From Fonticula alba ATCC 38817 (Eukaryota; Protista; Nucleariida), in the NCBI GenBank assembly GCA_000388065.2, contig KB932202.1: a stretch of DNA of 35,769 bases. One strand, 5' to 3'. The notes under the pieces are model-generated. The model saw nothing but the letters and a program-made list of their open reading frames with translations, ran no database searches and was not told the origin of the DNA. The translations under genes and the position numbers were made by a program. This document shows, piece by piece, positions 1-10,682 of the stretch; the first letter of the stretch is position 1, and each line of letters begins with the position of its first letter.

Positions 1-707
1 GGTGTCGCGCCTCTGCGCCCACAGGCCAGGGCCTTGGGGGATTTGGTGGGTCCTGTCTTCCGTTGTTTTGTGGTCGTACGTGCGTGCGTACTTGCGCGCC
101 AAAGCCCTCCCCGGCCCGAAGCATGTCCGCCCGGAGGGGGAGCCGGGCAAGCGGGCTGACTGTGCCCCCCGCCCCCGCCCCCCCCCTGGGGATGTAAGAA
201 AACGCCTCCATGAGTCGAGCCGGAGGCGCCCGCGCTCCCCCCACCCCTCCAGTGAAGATTCCTTTGTGCTCTTTTCGCTGTTCCTGTATGTCGCCCTCGC
301 CCCTCCTCCCCCTTTCCCCCTTTCCCCCTTCTCCCCCCCTCCTCCTCCCCCCGACCGAACCCGGCACTCCCCCGCCACCCTTTTGCTGTTTTCCCCGCTG
401 TCCCGTGTGCTGCGCTCCGGAGGCGGGTCCTCCCGGTGGCCCGTCTTTCGTCGTCGCCGCCGCCGCCTGCTCATGTGTCCATGCTCCGGCAGGGACCATC
501 TCACACGCTCTGTCCCTGCGTGTTACGGCGACACTTGCACACACGCACACACGCACACACGCACACACGCACACCTACATGTGTCCGCTTGGGCACCCCT
601 TCCTCTCAGCCGCCCCCTTCTGCGTCCCCTCGCCGCGTGAGGCCGGCCTGCTTGTTGTCACTCTTCTCACATCTCCGCACCCTCCTCCCCTGCCCTAGCC
701 CGCCACC

Positions 708-1187
708 ATGAAGCCCGCCACCAAGTTCTTCGACCTGAAGCTCATCGAGGTCCTCCCCTGGGTCGCCCGCAAGCTCAACCCGTACGCTACTCCCGCCGTT
801 GCGCCCATCCCTTCGCATGATGCCCCTGCCCGGGGCGGCATATTGTCCCCCCTCCCTACCCCCAGCAGTCCGGACTGCCCTCTTGCCCCCCCTCCCCCCC
901 CTGACGCCCTTTCCCCCTTCCTCCACAGCAACACCTCTTGCAACTCCCTGAAGGCCATCGTCAGCAACCCCAACCGCTTCAGCACCATGCGCCCCTTCTA
1001 CGGCTTCATCTTCACCACTCTGGCCTTCGGCTACTGGCTCGGCCATGACCACCACGGTACGCTTCTCCAGACGCTGCCCCTTGCGCCTCTCCTCCGCCTC
1101 TCTCCTCCGCCACAATGAACCCTCCCACTCACAGGCCAATCCCCCTCCCCCCCCCCTCCCACAGAGAAGAACGCCATCTACCACTAA
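708..1187 (+). CDS. ATP17: Probable mitochondrial F1Fo ATP synthase subunit f (74 aa; 3 exons)
   Basis: Exons 708-781, 929-1056, 1165-1187 join in frame (GTACGC donors, CAG acceptors, CTGAC branch-like site at 901) to give MKPATKFFDLKLIEVLPWVARKLNPNTSCNSLKAIVSNPNRFSTMRPFYGFIFTTLAFGYWLGHDHHEKNAIYH*. Kozak-like GCCACCATG. One TM segment with AFGY resembles fungal Atp17. The N-terminal (D/E)xKLxExxxW and C-terminal YH resemble animal subunit f. Family call is from recall of these sequences, not a search. Confidence 0.6.
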
Positions 1188-1761
1188 ATGGCTGGCTTTC
1201 TCTGGTGACGAGGTTCCCTCTCCCCCCCGGCGGGTGCATGCTTTGCCATTTGCTCCAGTGGAGGGAGAGCTATCTTCGGCAGTGTGGTGACTACAAAGGG
1301 GTGACACTTGTCGGGTCCCTCTTCCACCTCCGCCTGCCTCTGTTCAGACTCCCCCCCTCCTCCAGAATACACGCGCTTTCGCTTCGTAATCCGCGTCCCC
1401 CCCCCCCACTCCCCTCTGACAACGGGGGCAAAGCAGCATCTCTCTACACACACACACACACTCACACGCCCCTCCCCTTGTGTCCGCCATTTGGCTGTGC
1501 ATCCCAGGCCTCCCCCACGGCCGAGTTTTTGGAAGGAGCCCCGCGTCGCCAAATGGCGGCTGCTTCCTCTTTCCCTCGTCCCATGAGGAGGCGAAGGGGG
1601 GGGGGGGAAGGCACCGGGAAAAGCACGGAATTGAGGGGGGTTTTGTTGTATCATCAAGAGGAGGGGGCGGCTCCCCCCTGCACACAGGGGAGGCCAGATA
1701 GCCAGAAGGGCGTGCGAGAGAGAGAGAGAGAGAGACAGACCAGGGGAAGAAGAAACACGGA

Positions 1762-2809
1762 TTACTTCTTGGCGGCGGACGCAATCTTCACCATGTCAGG
1801 CAGCCAGGAGCGCGAGACGCGGGACGCATGGTCCGGGCGCAGGACGAAGGTCGGGGCGGTGCTCTTCTTGATTTCCTCCTCCGGGCCCGGGGCAAAGAGG
1901 ATCGGCTCGTAGGTGTAGCGGTTCTCATCCACCTCCTTGAGGAGGACGCGCTGCAGGTGCTCCAGAGCATCCTTGGCCCGCTCGGCGGCCGGGTTGTCGC
2001 CGGCGCGCAGCGGGGTGACCACCGGCTCCCACAGGCGGACGGACTCGAGCTCCTCCATCTCCTCCACCGGGGCCATGGTCACCGGGATCTCCAGGGCCAC
2101 ATCGCGCAGGAAGAAGTTCGGCACCTTCTCACCGGTCTCCAGGTTCTCCAGGTCAATGGACTTGCCCCAGTTGCCGTCGAGCTTGTAGATCTTCTTGTCC
2201 TTGGCGTTGCGCACGGTGGCGCTGATGTTCCGGTACTGGCCGAAGAACCAGGGCTTCTCCTTGAAGTTGATGGACGCCGACAGGCCGGTCTCCAGGCACT
2301 CGAACTTGGTCTCGCCATTCATGTCCATGAAGGACTTGCCCACCAGCAGGCCGCGCAGGACCGACAGCGGCAGGTTGAAGCGGTAGGTCTCGTTGTGCTG
2401 GGGGAGGCGGATGAAGCAGTCGCCGAGGACCTTGACGCGGATGGCTGCGAGTGGGGGATGGGGGGGGGGGGGAGGGCGAGACACGCGGGCCGAAGAGGGC
2501 GGGTGAGCAGGCGGGGATGGGGGGGGGGGGGACATCGCCAGATGGCGGGCACGCACTCATGCCGGAGAAGCCGGCCTGGATCTCGATGGCACCGTAGTAC
2601 TGGACGGTGGGCTGGCCGCCCTCCTCGGTGGGGACGTCCTCCATGTGGAAGCCGATCACAATCGGGCGATGGTTGATCAGCTCGGAGTAGGAAACAATCT
2701 TGCGGCCCTTGTGGGGGGAGTTCTCGCCGGGGGAGTAGGAGCCGCGGAAGAACTCACCGGTGATCGGATTGAAGGGCTTCTTCTTGGTCAGCTGCGCTCG
2801 GTGAACGAG

Positions 2810-2842
<33 letters not shown>

Positions 2843-3507
2843 GGGGGGCCGAGGAGATGGGAGTTAGTGGGAGGAGGGGAAGGAGGCGCGAGCGCGATCG
2901 AGGGCAGGGTCAAGGGCCAATGCGTACGAGGTTCACCGAGAAGTGGGAGAAGAAGAAGCGCATGGCACGGAGGAGACGCTCCTCCGGGGTCGAGCCGAGG
3001 GGGATGCTGTGTGGGAGGGGGAGCGGTCGAGCGAGCGAAGTCGGATGGACGGTCAGGGCGAGGACCGATCGAAGAGAGGTGGGGGGGGGGGGGCAGCGAG
3101 TGGAGGGCGGAGGACGGAGGGCAAGGCACGCACTCAAGGAAGTGGTCGGTGTACACCTGCGAGAGGTTACGGCTGATCATGGAGTCGCCCTCGTTGATCC
3201 AGACCGGGGCCTTCAGCTTGCTGGGTGGGCGGCATGGCATGGCGCGGGCCGGCCGAAGAAAGGTCAGAGGACGGGCAGGCAGGGGAGCTGGGGTCAGCAA
3301 GCGGGCGGGCACGCCCTGGCAAGCGGGTGGCACAGCGAGTGGGAGATCTGGCGGCTCGGCGCCACAAGCGTACGTGACATCCGACTCGCCGGAGGTCATG
3401 AAGTTCTTGACCGAGGAGTTCAGGTGGGCAGTGTCCTCGTTGTTGTAGGCCTGCTCGCCGGGGATGGCCTCCTGCTCGGCGAGCTCGCGATCGGACTTGG
3501 AAGACAT
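1762..3507 (-). CDS. Oxysterol-binding protein-related protein, ORD-only (Osh/ORP family; ~405 aa; 5 exons)
   Basis: Exons 3507-3374, 3220-3134, 3006-2928, 2791-2557, 2444-1762 splice in frame (1218 nt). ORD hallmarks: LKAPVWI, EERLLRAMRFF, KKPFNPITGEFF, degenerate fingerprint ELINHRP, FKEKPWFFG, LDGNW, ESVRLW, KDALEHLQR. Confidence 0.9.
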
Positions 3508-5364
3508 GGTGGAGAGGGCGGGGGAGGGGGGGGGGGGCGGGGATGCGCGCGTGGCAGGGAGGCGGAAAGGGAGAGGCAGAGGGGCGACGGTGGAAAGGGA
3601 TCCGGGACAGTTTGCACGCGCCCGGCTTGCAAACGCACGTATTGGCTCCCCTTCGGGCATCGCACGGCCTCGCCGCCCTGTCCCCTTCCCTCTCATGGGG
3701 GGGGGGGGGGGGGCCGGCGGAGATGGCGCCTTTGGCGGAGGAGCACCTCCAGGGGCCGGACACGGGAGGGCGGGCATGCCCGTGTCTCTTCGCGGAGGAG
3801 GGCGGCGGCCGGCCGGGGCGTAAACATGGCCCGGGGCCGTTCGGCCGGTGGTCGTCGGGAGTGGGGCCCAGGGCGCCAGCGTGCCCGGAGTGTGCAAAAA
3901 ATTGTGTCCGTGCGCCGCATGTGTGGTCGTCGGGAGTGGGGGTGCGGGGAGGTGGCTGGGGGTGCATATGTGTGTGTGTGTGTGTGGGGGGGGGGGTGTC
4001 TGTGTTGGCCCCGGGGCAAGACCGGATCGGGTGGGGGGCCTGACCGCGGCGTCCACGCGAGGGGACCGAGAACGCCCGGCCTGCGGCGACCGCCGAAACC
4101 GGACAATGGCCAGCGGCGGCGGCGGAGGGCGGGCGCGCCGGGCCCCGCCGCCGAGGCAGCCTGGCGCCAGGGCGCTTGCAGCCATCGGCCACCAAATGAG
4201 CGCCAAGTTCCAAAGACAAAGGGGGCCCCAGGAGAGGAACCGACACGGCGCACCCAGTCCTCGCCTTTTGGGGCTGGGTAATTCCCCCCCCCCCCCAGCG
4301 AATGGGCGTTGAATGTTGGGGGCGTGCGGGGGGGGGGGGGGTGGCCGTGCGTATGCGCGGCGCCCCCAGCGACGACCCCCAGGGCCAAACCTGGCTCCCT
4401 TTCCTGCTCCCAGGCCGGGCCCGACCGGGGCGCTCAAAAGTAGGACGGACCCGAGAAAGCTTCCAGAGGGGCGTCGAAGCCGCGCCCCGCAGGCAGAAGA
4501 CCGCCGGGCGGCGGGGGGGACACACGTTACTTGGATATTAAACCGGCGGCCATCTAGTTTAGGGGAAATCGGCCGGAGCCCGAGCCATAAGTAATATTCC
4601 CGCGAGCGTCCCAAAAGCACCCAGGCTGCCGGAGGGGCATTTCTGCACAAGGGCACACGGCGAGCGGCGAGGGCCAGGGCCGGAGTGTTCGTGCTCCCCC
4701 CGTCTGCGCTTGTTTCCTGCCATGGCAGCCCCCTTGGATCGTGCATGCGCCTGGCGGCCGCGCCGCCCGGTGCGCACGCGCACACATTCGCGCGCGCACG
4801 CGCGTGCAGTCTTGCTGTCCAGGGGGCGCGGCCCGCCCGGGCCCCGACCGATGCCCCCCCTGGAGCGAAGGAGGCCCCGCGCCTTGTCGGCGTCTCTCTC
4901 CCTCTCTCCCTCTCTCGCGGACTGCGTGCTGGTGCTCAGATGAAAACGTGTTGACGCCCGGCCAAGGCCGACAGCCTCATGCGATGTATTCTCCGATACA
5001 AGAACGCGCCGAACCCGGCGAGAACGTGCCCGACACAGGCCGGCCCAAGTGCCGCCGGAGTATCCGCGTACCAGCCAACTGACCCCCTCGGTGAGCCTGC
5101 CACCCGCGCACACACGCGCGCGCGCGCTGACCCGGACCAGCCCAAAGTCGCAGGCAGCCAGGAGGGCCGAGAGCCGGGGGGCGGGGGGAGATAAGCTGGC
5201 AGTCGCGGGGTGCCCGGCCCCCTCTCCGGTCGCTCCTCGGGGGGCGGGCGGGCGGGCAGAGGCAGGCGGGCGAGCGCAGGCGGCCCCTTTTTGGGCGGCG
5301 AAGGCGGACGCCCCGCCGCGGTGGGGGTCCAGCTCCCCCCCCACCCCCCGGGGCAGGGCGAGGG

Positions 5365-5659
5365 NNNNNNNNNNNNNNNNNNNNNNNNNNNNNNNNNNNN
5401 NNNNNNNNNNNNNNNNNNNNNNNNNNNNNNNNNNNNNNNNNNNNNNNNNNNNNNNNNNNNNNNNNNNNNNNNNNNNNNNNNNNNNNNNNNNNNNNNNNNN
5501 NNNNNNNNNNNNNNNNNNNNNNNNNNNNNNNNNNNNNNNNNNNNNNNNNNNNNNNNNNNNNNNNNNNNNNNNNNNNNNNNNNNNNNNNNNNNNNNNNNNN
5601 NNNNNNNNNNNNNNNNNNNNNNNNNNNNNNNNNNNNNNNNNNNNNNNNNNNNNNNNNNN
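5365..5659. other. Assembly gap (others at 7076-7390, 14451-14460, 19467-19616, 21596-21676, 33865-34550)
   Basis: Runs of N; several are flanked by G or C homopolymers. Gene models crossing them are incomplete. Confidence 1.
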
Positions 5660-5674
5660 CCAGCCGACTGAGCC

Positions 5675-6831
5675 ATGTCCTTCGCGCCGCCGCCGCAGCC
5701 TGGCGGGGCCGCGCCGCCCCTGCCTGCCCGGCCAGGTACCACGTCGACCGCCGTGCCGACGCCCGGTCCCCCGGTGTCGACGGCCTCCGCCGGCGCCGAC
5801 ACCCGGTCATCGCCGGTGCGCTCGCTGAATGCCGACCGGTTCTCGATGTTCGGCGCCGCCTCCTTCGGGCGCCGCGACTCGATCGGCTCGTCTGGCGCCC
5901 CGGCGGCCGCCTCCCCGGCACCGGTGTCCGGATTCACGGCCCCCCCGCCATCGGCGGCCCCGAGCGTCGCCCCGGCGGCCGGATTCACCGCCCCACCGCC
6001 CGCCACCAGCTTTGCTCCCCCTCCCACCGAGCCGGGGCCCATCGCCGGGGGTACCCCACCGAGGCGGGCCCCGGCGCCGCCACCCCCCTATGCCGGCCCG
6101 GCCGCGGACGCGGCCGAGCCCGCGGCTGCCGGGTCTGCCGCCCCGCCGAAGGCCGCCACCCCCACGAAGGCCGCCCCTGCCCCCAGGGCGGTCGTCCCGC
6201 CGCCTGCCACCGCCGGCCCTCCGCCGGCCCAGCCCGCGGCCACCGGCGAGGAGCCCATCCGCCGGTGGCGCATCGTCCAGGAGATCCTCTCCACGGAGAC
6301 TGCCTTCGTCGAGCAGCTGGCCACCCTCAAGGTTCGCCCGCCCGCCTGCCCGCGGCCCTCTTGCTCCTTGTGCATCCCCCTCCCAACACTGATCCCCCCC
6401 CCCCCGGCCCCCTTCCCCTCTCGATCAGGCGCTCTACTATGACCCCATGTGCCTCTCCGGCACCAGCTACAATCCCCCGCCGTCGTACACCGATCCGCTG
6501 CCCGGGCTGGACGGCCCGGCCGCGTCCGGGGGAGATGCGGCCGCCGGATCGCCAGCAACCCCCGGGCCAGCGGCGCTCCCCCCGGCGGCCGATGACAATG
6601 ACGCCAACCGTCCGCCCCCCTGCCCGGTGCTCAGCCTGTCGCAGCACTCGCAGCTTTTTTCCAATCTGATTGCCCTGATCGACGTCAACAAGATGGTGCG
6701 CCTCCTTGCACCCTCCAAGCGCTCGCCCCTTGTTTGTGCCCCCCTCCCCTCTTTCTTTCTCCCCGATGCCCCGGGGGGGCCCCCGGCCACATTTGTCTCA
6801 CGCCCTGTCCGGCCACTCGGCGCCCACACAT

Positions 6832-6868
<37 letters not shown>

Positions 6869-9605
6869 ACAACCAAAGCTCCTCAACTCCTTACGCGAGC
6901 GCATCTCCACGCCGGAACTCTGGCAGGCAGCCAACCGCCGAGTGGGGGACATTTTCCTCACCATCGGCCCCTTCTTCAAATTGTACACCACCTACGTCAC
7001 AAACTACGACCATGCGCAGCGCCTGGCCGTGGAGTTCCGCCGCACGGTCCCCGGCTTCGAGCAATACCACACCTGNNNNNNNNNNNNNNNNNNNNNNNNN
7101 NNNNNNNNNNNNNNNNNNNNNNNNNNNNNNNNNNNNNNNNNNNNNNNNNNNNNNNNNNNNNNNNNNNNNNNNNNNNNNNNNNNNNNNNNNNNNNNNNNNN
7201 NNNNNNNNNNNNNNNNNNNNNNNNNNNNNNNNNNNNNNNNNNNNNNNNNNNNNNNNNNNNNNNNNNNNNNNNNNNNNNNNNNNNNNNNNNNNNNNNNNNN
7301 NNNNNNNNNNNNNNNNNNNNNNNNNNNNNNNNNNNNNNNNNNNNNNNNNNNNNNNNNNNNNNNNNNNNNNNNNNNNNNNNNNNNNNNNNNCCCCCGCGCC
7401 GGCGCCGGCGCCCGCGCGCGCACGTTCCACACAGATGCTCCTCACGGACCTGATCAAGAACACCGAGCCCACACATGTAGACTATCAGCCCCTTCGGGAT
7501 GCCCTGACTCAAATTGAGACCACCGCGCGCCTGGTCAATGAAACCCTGCGCCAGCACCAGTCCCTGGTCCGAGCCATGTCCCTGCGCAAATCCCTCTCCG
7601 GGCTGCCCTCCTCCGAGCCGCTGATCATCCCCGGGCGCAGCCTGCTGCTGGATGGCGTCCTGATGAAGGTCTGCCGGAAGACCGACCAACGGCGTGCCTT
7701 CTTCCTCTTCTCCGATATCCTGATCTACGCCGCCCCGGCTGAGACCTTCTCCAGCCAGACCGGGGTCTTCACCGGCCTCGGCGGCGGCCCCGGCATCTAC
7801 GCCTTCAGCCTGCCGGAGCCAGGGACCCCGGCGGCCACCGCGCTTCAGGTCACCCTTCCAGCCGAGGAGGCCGTCTTGCCGACATCCTCCCAGGCGTCTT
7901 ACGTCCTGCGCAAGTGCTTCAATTTGGCCTCGGTCACCGCGTCCGTGCGTATGGGTCCTCGGAGACCCTCGCCCCTCCCTCCCCCCCATTGACGCCCCTC
8001 CGAGCCCTTCCCCCCCCCCCCCCCCCCTGCCACCTGGGGCAAAGTAGCTCGGGCGCGCTGTCCCTTCTTGTTGTTGTTTTTTTTCCCTCCCCCTCCCCTC
8101 CCGCGGTACTGCCAACCCGGGCTCCCGCCACCTCTGACCCCCTCTCCTCGTCCCCTGCTCCTCCGCCCCCCCCCCCACCCCCCCCGCCCCGGCTTTGTTC
8201 TGCTTCAGAACGTGGAGCACGCCAGTGGATCGGCCTTCGGCCTCTCGTCACCGGACAAGTCCTTCACCGTGGTGGCTCCCTCGCCCGAGATCCGTGACGT
8301 CTGGGTCAAAGCCATCCAGCTTGCCTGCTCGCAGTTCCGCCAGAACATTCAGACCCTTCGGCCCACCACCGCCCTGTCGTCTTCATCCAACAAGAGTGCG
8401 TCCTGCCCCCTCTCGCCTCCGCATCCGGCACCGGGCTTTTGGCTAACACCGCCCCGCACCCCTCCCCGCTCCTGTGATCTGGCCATTTCTGGTGTCGCCC
8501 CACTCCCCCCCCCCCACACACACACACACGCATACCTCGCGTCACTGAAAATAGGCGAGAACGAGTCGCGGCTCCTCTTCGGAGACAGCTTTGTCGCGCC
8601 GATTTGGGTGCCAGACAGCCATGCGTCCTCCTGCATGGTCCCCGGCTGCGACACCACCTTCACGATCGTCCGGCGGCGTCATCATTGCCGGTGCGTCCCA
8701 CTTCCCACCGGAGGCCCCCTCCTGTTCCATGGCCCGATGCCCCAGCGTCTCTGACCAACCGGGTTTCACGCCCTCGGCCCTCTTTTCCTCCCCCCCCTCC
8801 CCCCCCCCCCAATGTGGAACCATGCAGCTACTGCGGGAAGGTCGTCTGTCAGAAGTGCGCGCCCAAGCGCCCAGAGCCTCGGATTTCCGCGGGCCACATC
8901 CGCGTTTGTACACCCTGCCTGCCGCACCTGCTGCCGGCATCCGGGCCCAAGAAGTCGGCCGCTGCCACGACGCCCTCCGCGGCCGGTGCCCCGGCGGCCG
9001 GCGGCGGTGGCACCATCGGCCGACAGGCCGGCCTGGCCGGGATCCTGGCAACCGGCGGCGGCGTCCCCCTCCCAGGCACCATCGGCGGTGCCACTCTCGC
9101 GTCCACCGCTCCGCTGGAGGATGATTCCGATGCGTCGGACAACTCGGATGATGAGTCTGGCGACGAGATGCCCTCCATGCCGCTGAGTGGCGGCGCCTCG
9201 AGTGCCTCGAACGCCGGTCGTGTTCCCCCGCCGATCCCCGTGCGCCACTCGGTGATTGGTCTCCCTACGAGCGCGTCCCAGCCGAATGCAATGGCAGCCC
9301 CCCCTGGCGCTGGCGCTGGCGCTGGCGCTGGCGCCGGCCCTGCCCGGGCCCCTGGCGCGTCGCCCCCGCCGATTCCCTACCGTCGGTCGATGGCATTCCC
9401 GCCGATGGCCCCTGTGCCATCGGTGTCTGCATCGTCGGCTCCCTCCTCCTCGGGCGGTGCGACCGGGCCGCACGTCGTGCGCACGGCCGCCGCCCCGCCA
9501 CCAATCCCCACCCGCACCAGCTCCGGCGCGGCTCTCCCGGCCCCAAGCGCGGAATTCGCCCCACCCCCTGGATTTGCCCCGCCACCGCCCACCTCCTCAG
9601 CCTGA
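5675..9605 (+). CDS. FGD-like RhoGEF (DH)-PH-FYVE domain protein
   Basis: Exons 5675-6331, 6429-6695, 6879->7075 (runs into gap 7076-7390), 7435-7944, 8209-8395, 8555-8690, 8828-9605. DH motifs: RRWRIVQEILSTETAFVEQL, LFSNL, VGDIFL..FKLYTTYVTNYD, LLTDLIKNT. PH motifs: LMKVCRK..RAFFLFSD, SFTVVA..RDVWVKAI. FYVE motifs: WVPD, CMVPGC, RRHHCRYCGKVVCQKC, RVCTPC. An in-frame TGA at 5669 precedes the ATG. Part of the DH domain is hidden in the gap. Confidence 0.9.
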
Positions 9606-9627
9606 GCGTCTCTCTCCCCTCCTCTGG

Positions 9628-9662
<35 letters not shown>

Positions 9663-10682
9663 CCCCTCTCTCTGCCTGTGTGCATGTGTGTGTTGGTGGC
9701 CTCCCTCCACCCCACCCCGTCTCTTGTCCTTGTCCCCTGCCCTCCCCCCCACACTCCTCAGCCCCGAGAGGGCGAGAGAGCACCCCCCCCCCCCCCCCCG
9801 CCCCCGTATGTGAGAATGTACCAGCTTGCGCACGCCGAGCCCCAGATCCTCAAGCACAAAAAGCGAAATACAATCCCAGTTAAGTACATTAATTCACCGT
9901 CTCGCGTGTCCAAAGGTAGCCATGCGCCCTGCTGCCAAGCTTCCCGGCCGATAGCCCCTCGGGCGCGAATCCTAATAGCCTCCATCTGGCTGAGGATCCC
10001 TGATCGGCATCCTCACCCGGCCCCCGGGCGATGGTGGCCGCGTGCTTTTGCCCCGAAGGCGCCCGGAGTGCTTTCACTTGCGGCCGCCGGCAGGGCCGAT
10101 GGGCCGGCGCTCGCTCGACCAGGCAACCCGCCCGCGGCCGAGGGAACGCCCGTGTGCGCATATTATTGTCGGCCCGCGTGCGGTGGGGGCACTTACTAGG
10201 GCGTCTTGTCACCACGGACGGGTGTACCGGCCATGGTGCGCCGGCCGCACGCCGGCCGGCCGGCGTCCCGGGCTGGCGGTCACCAGGCCCAGGTGGCGTT
10301 TGCCCGGCCTGGGCGTGCGTGCGAGCGTGCACGCGTGCGCGGATCGCCCCGGTGGGGGTCTCCCCGTCTGTCTGTCCCCCCCCCCCCCCCCGGCCCCGAG
10401 CCGTCGCTCGAAGGCTATCCCCTGTCGGCGCCTTTGAGAGAGAGTGTGTGTGTGTGTGTGTGTGTGGTTGTCTCTTTGTGCGAGGGAGTGCTGGGGCCTG
10501 GCCCTGGGACCGGGTATGGCGAGATCCCCGCACTGGTCCTCATTCATGAGCTAGCCCCCTGGATGTCCCCTGGGTCCCACTTTCGGGCCTCCCCCTGGAT
10601 CCCCGAGTCGACTTTTCCCGCCTCGCGTCCGCCCCCTACCCCTCCCCCTCCCACTACCCCCCCTCCAATAGTTTCCGTCACT

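Noticed and set aside
4524-4600. AT-richer island with a TTACTT/AAGTAA inverted pair between divergent genes
   Set aside because: Stems are short and no snRNA, 5S or snoRNA motif is recognisable; at most a promoter-like region.
2788-4785. 665-aa minus-strand ORF, and many other long ORFs in the track
   Set aside because: It only contains two OSBP exons; the rest is Pro/Arg/Gly-rich open frame expected from high GC content, running through microsatellites.
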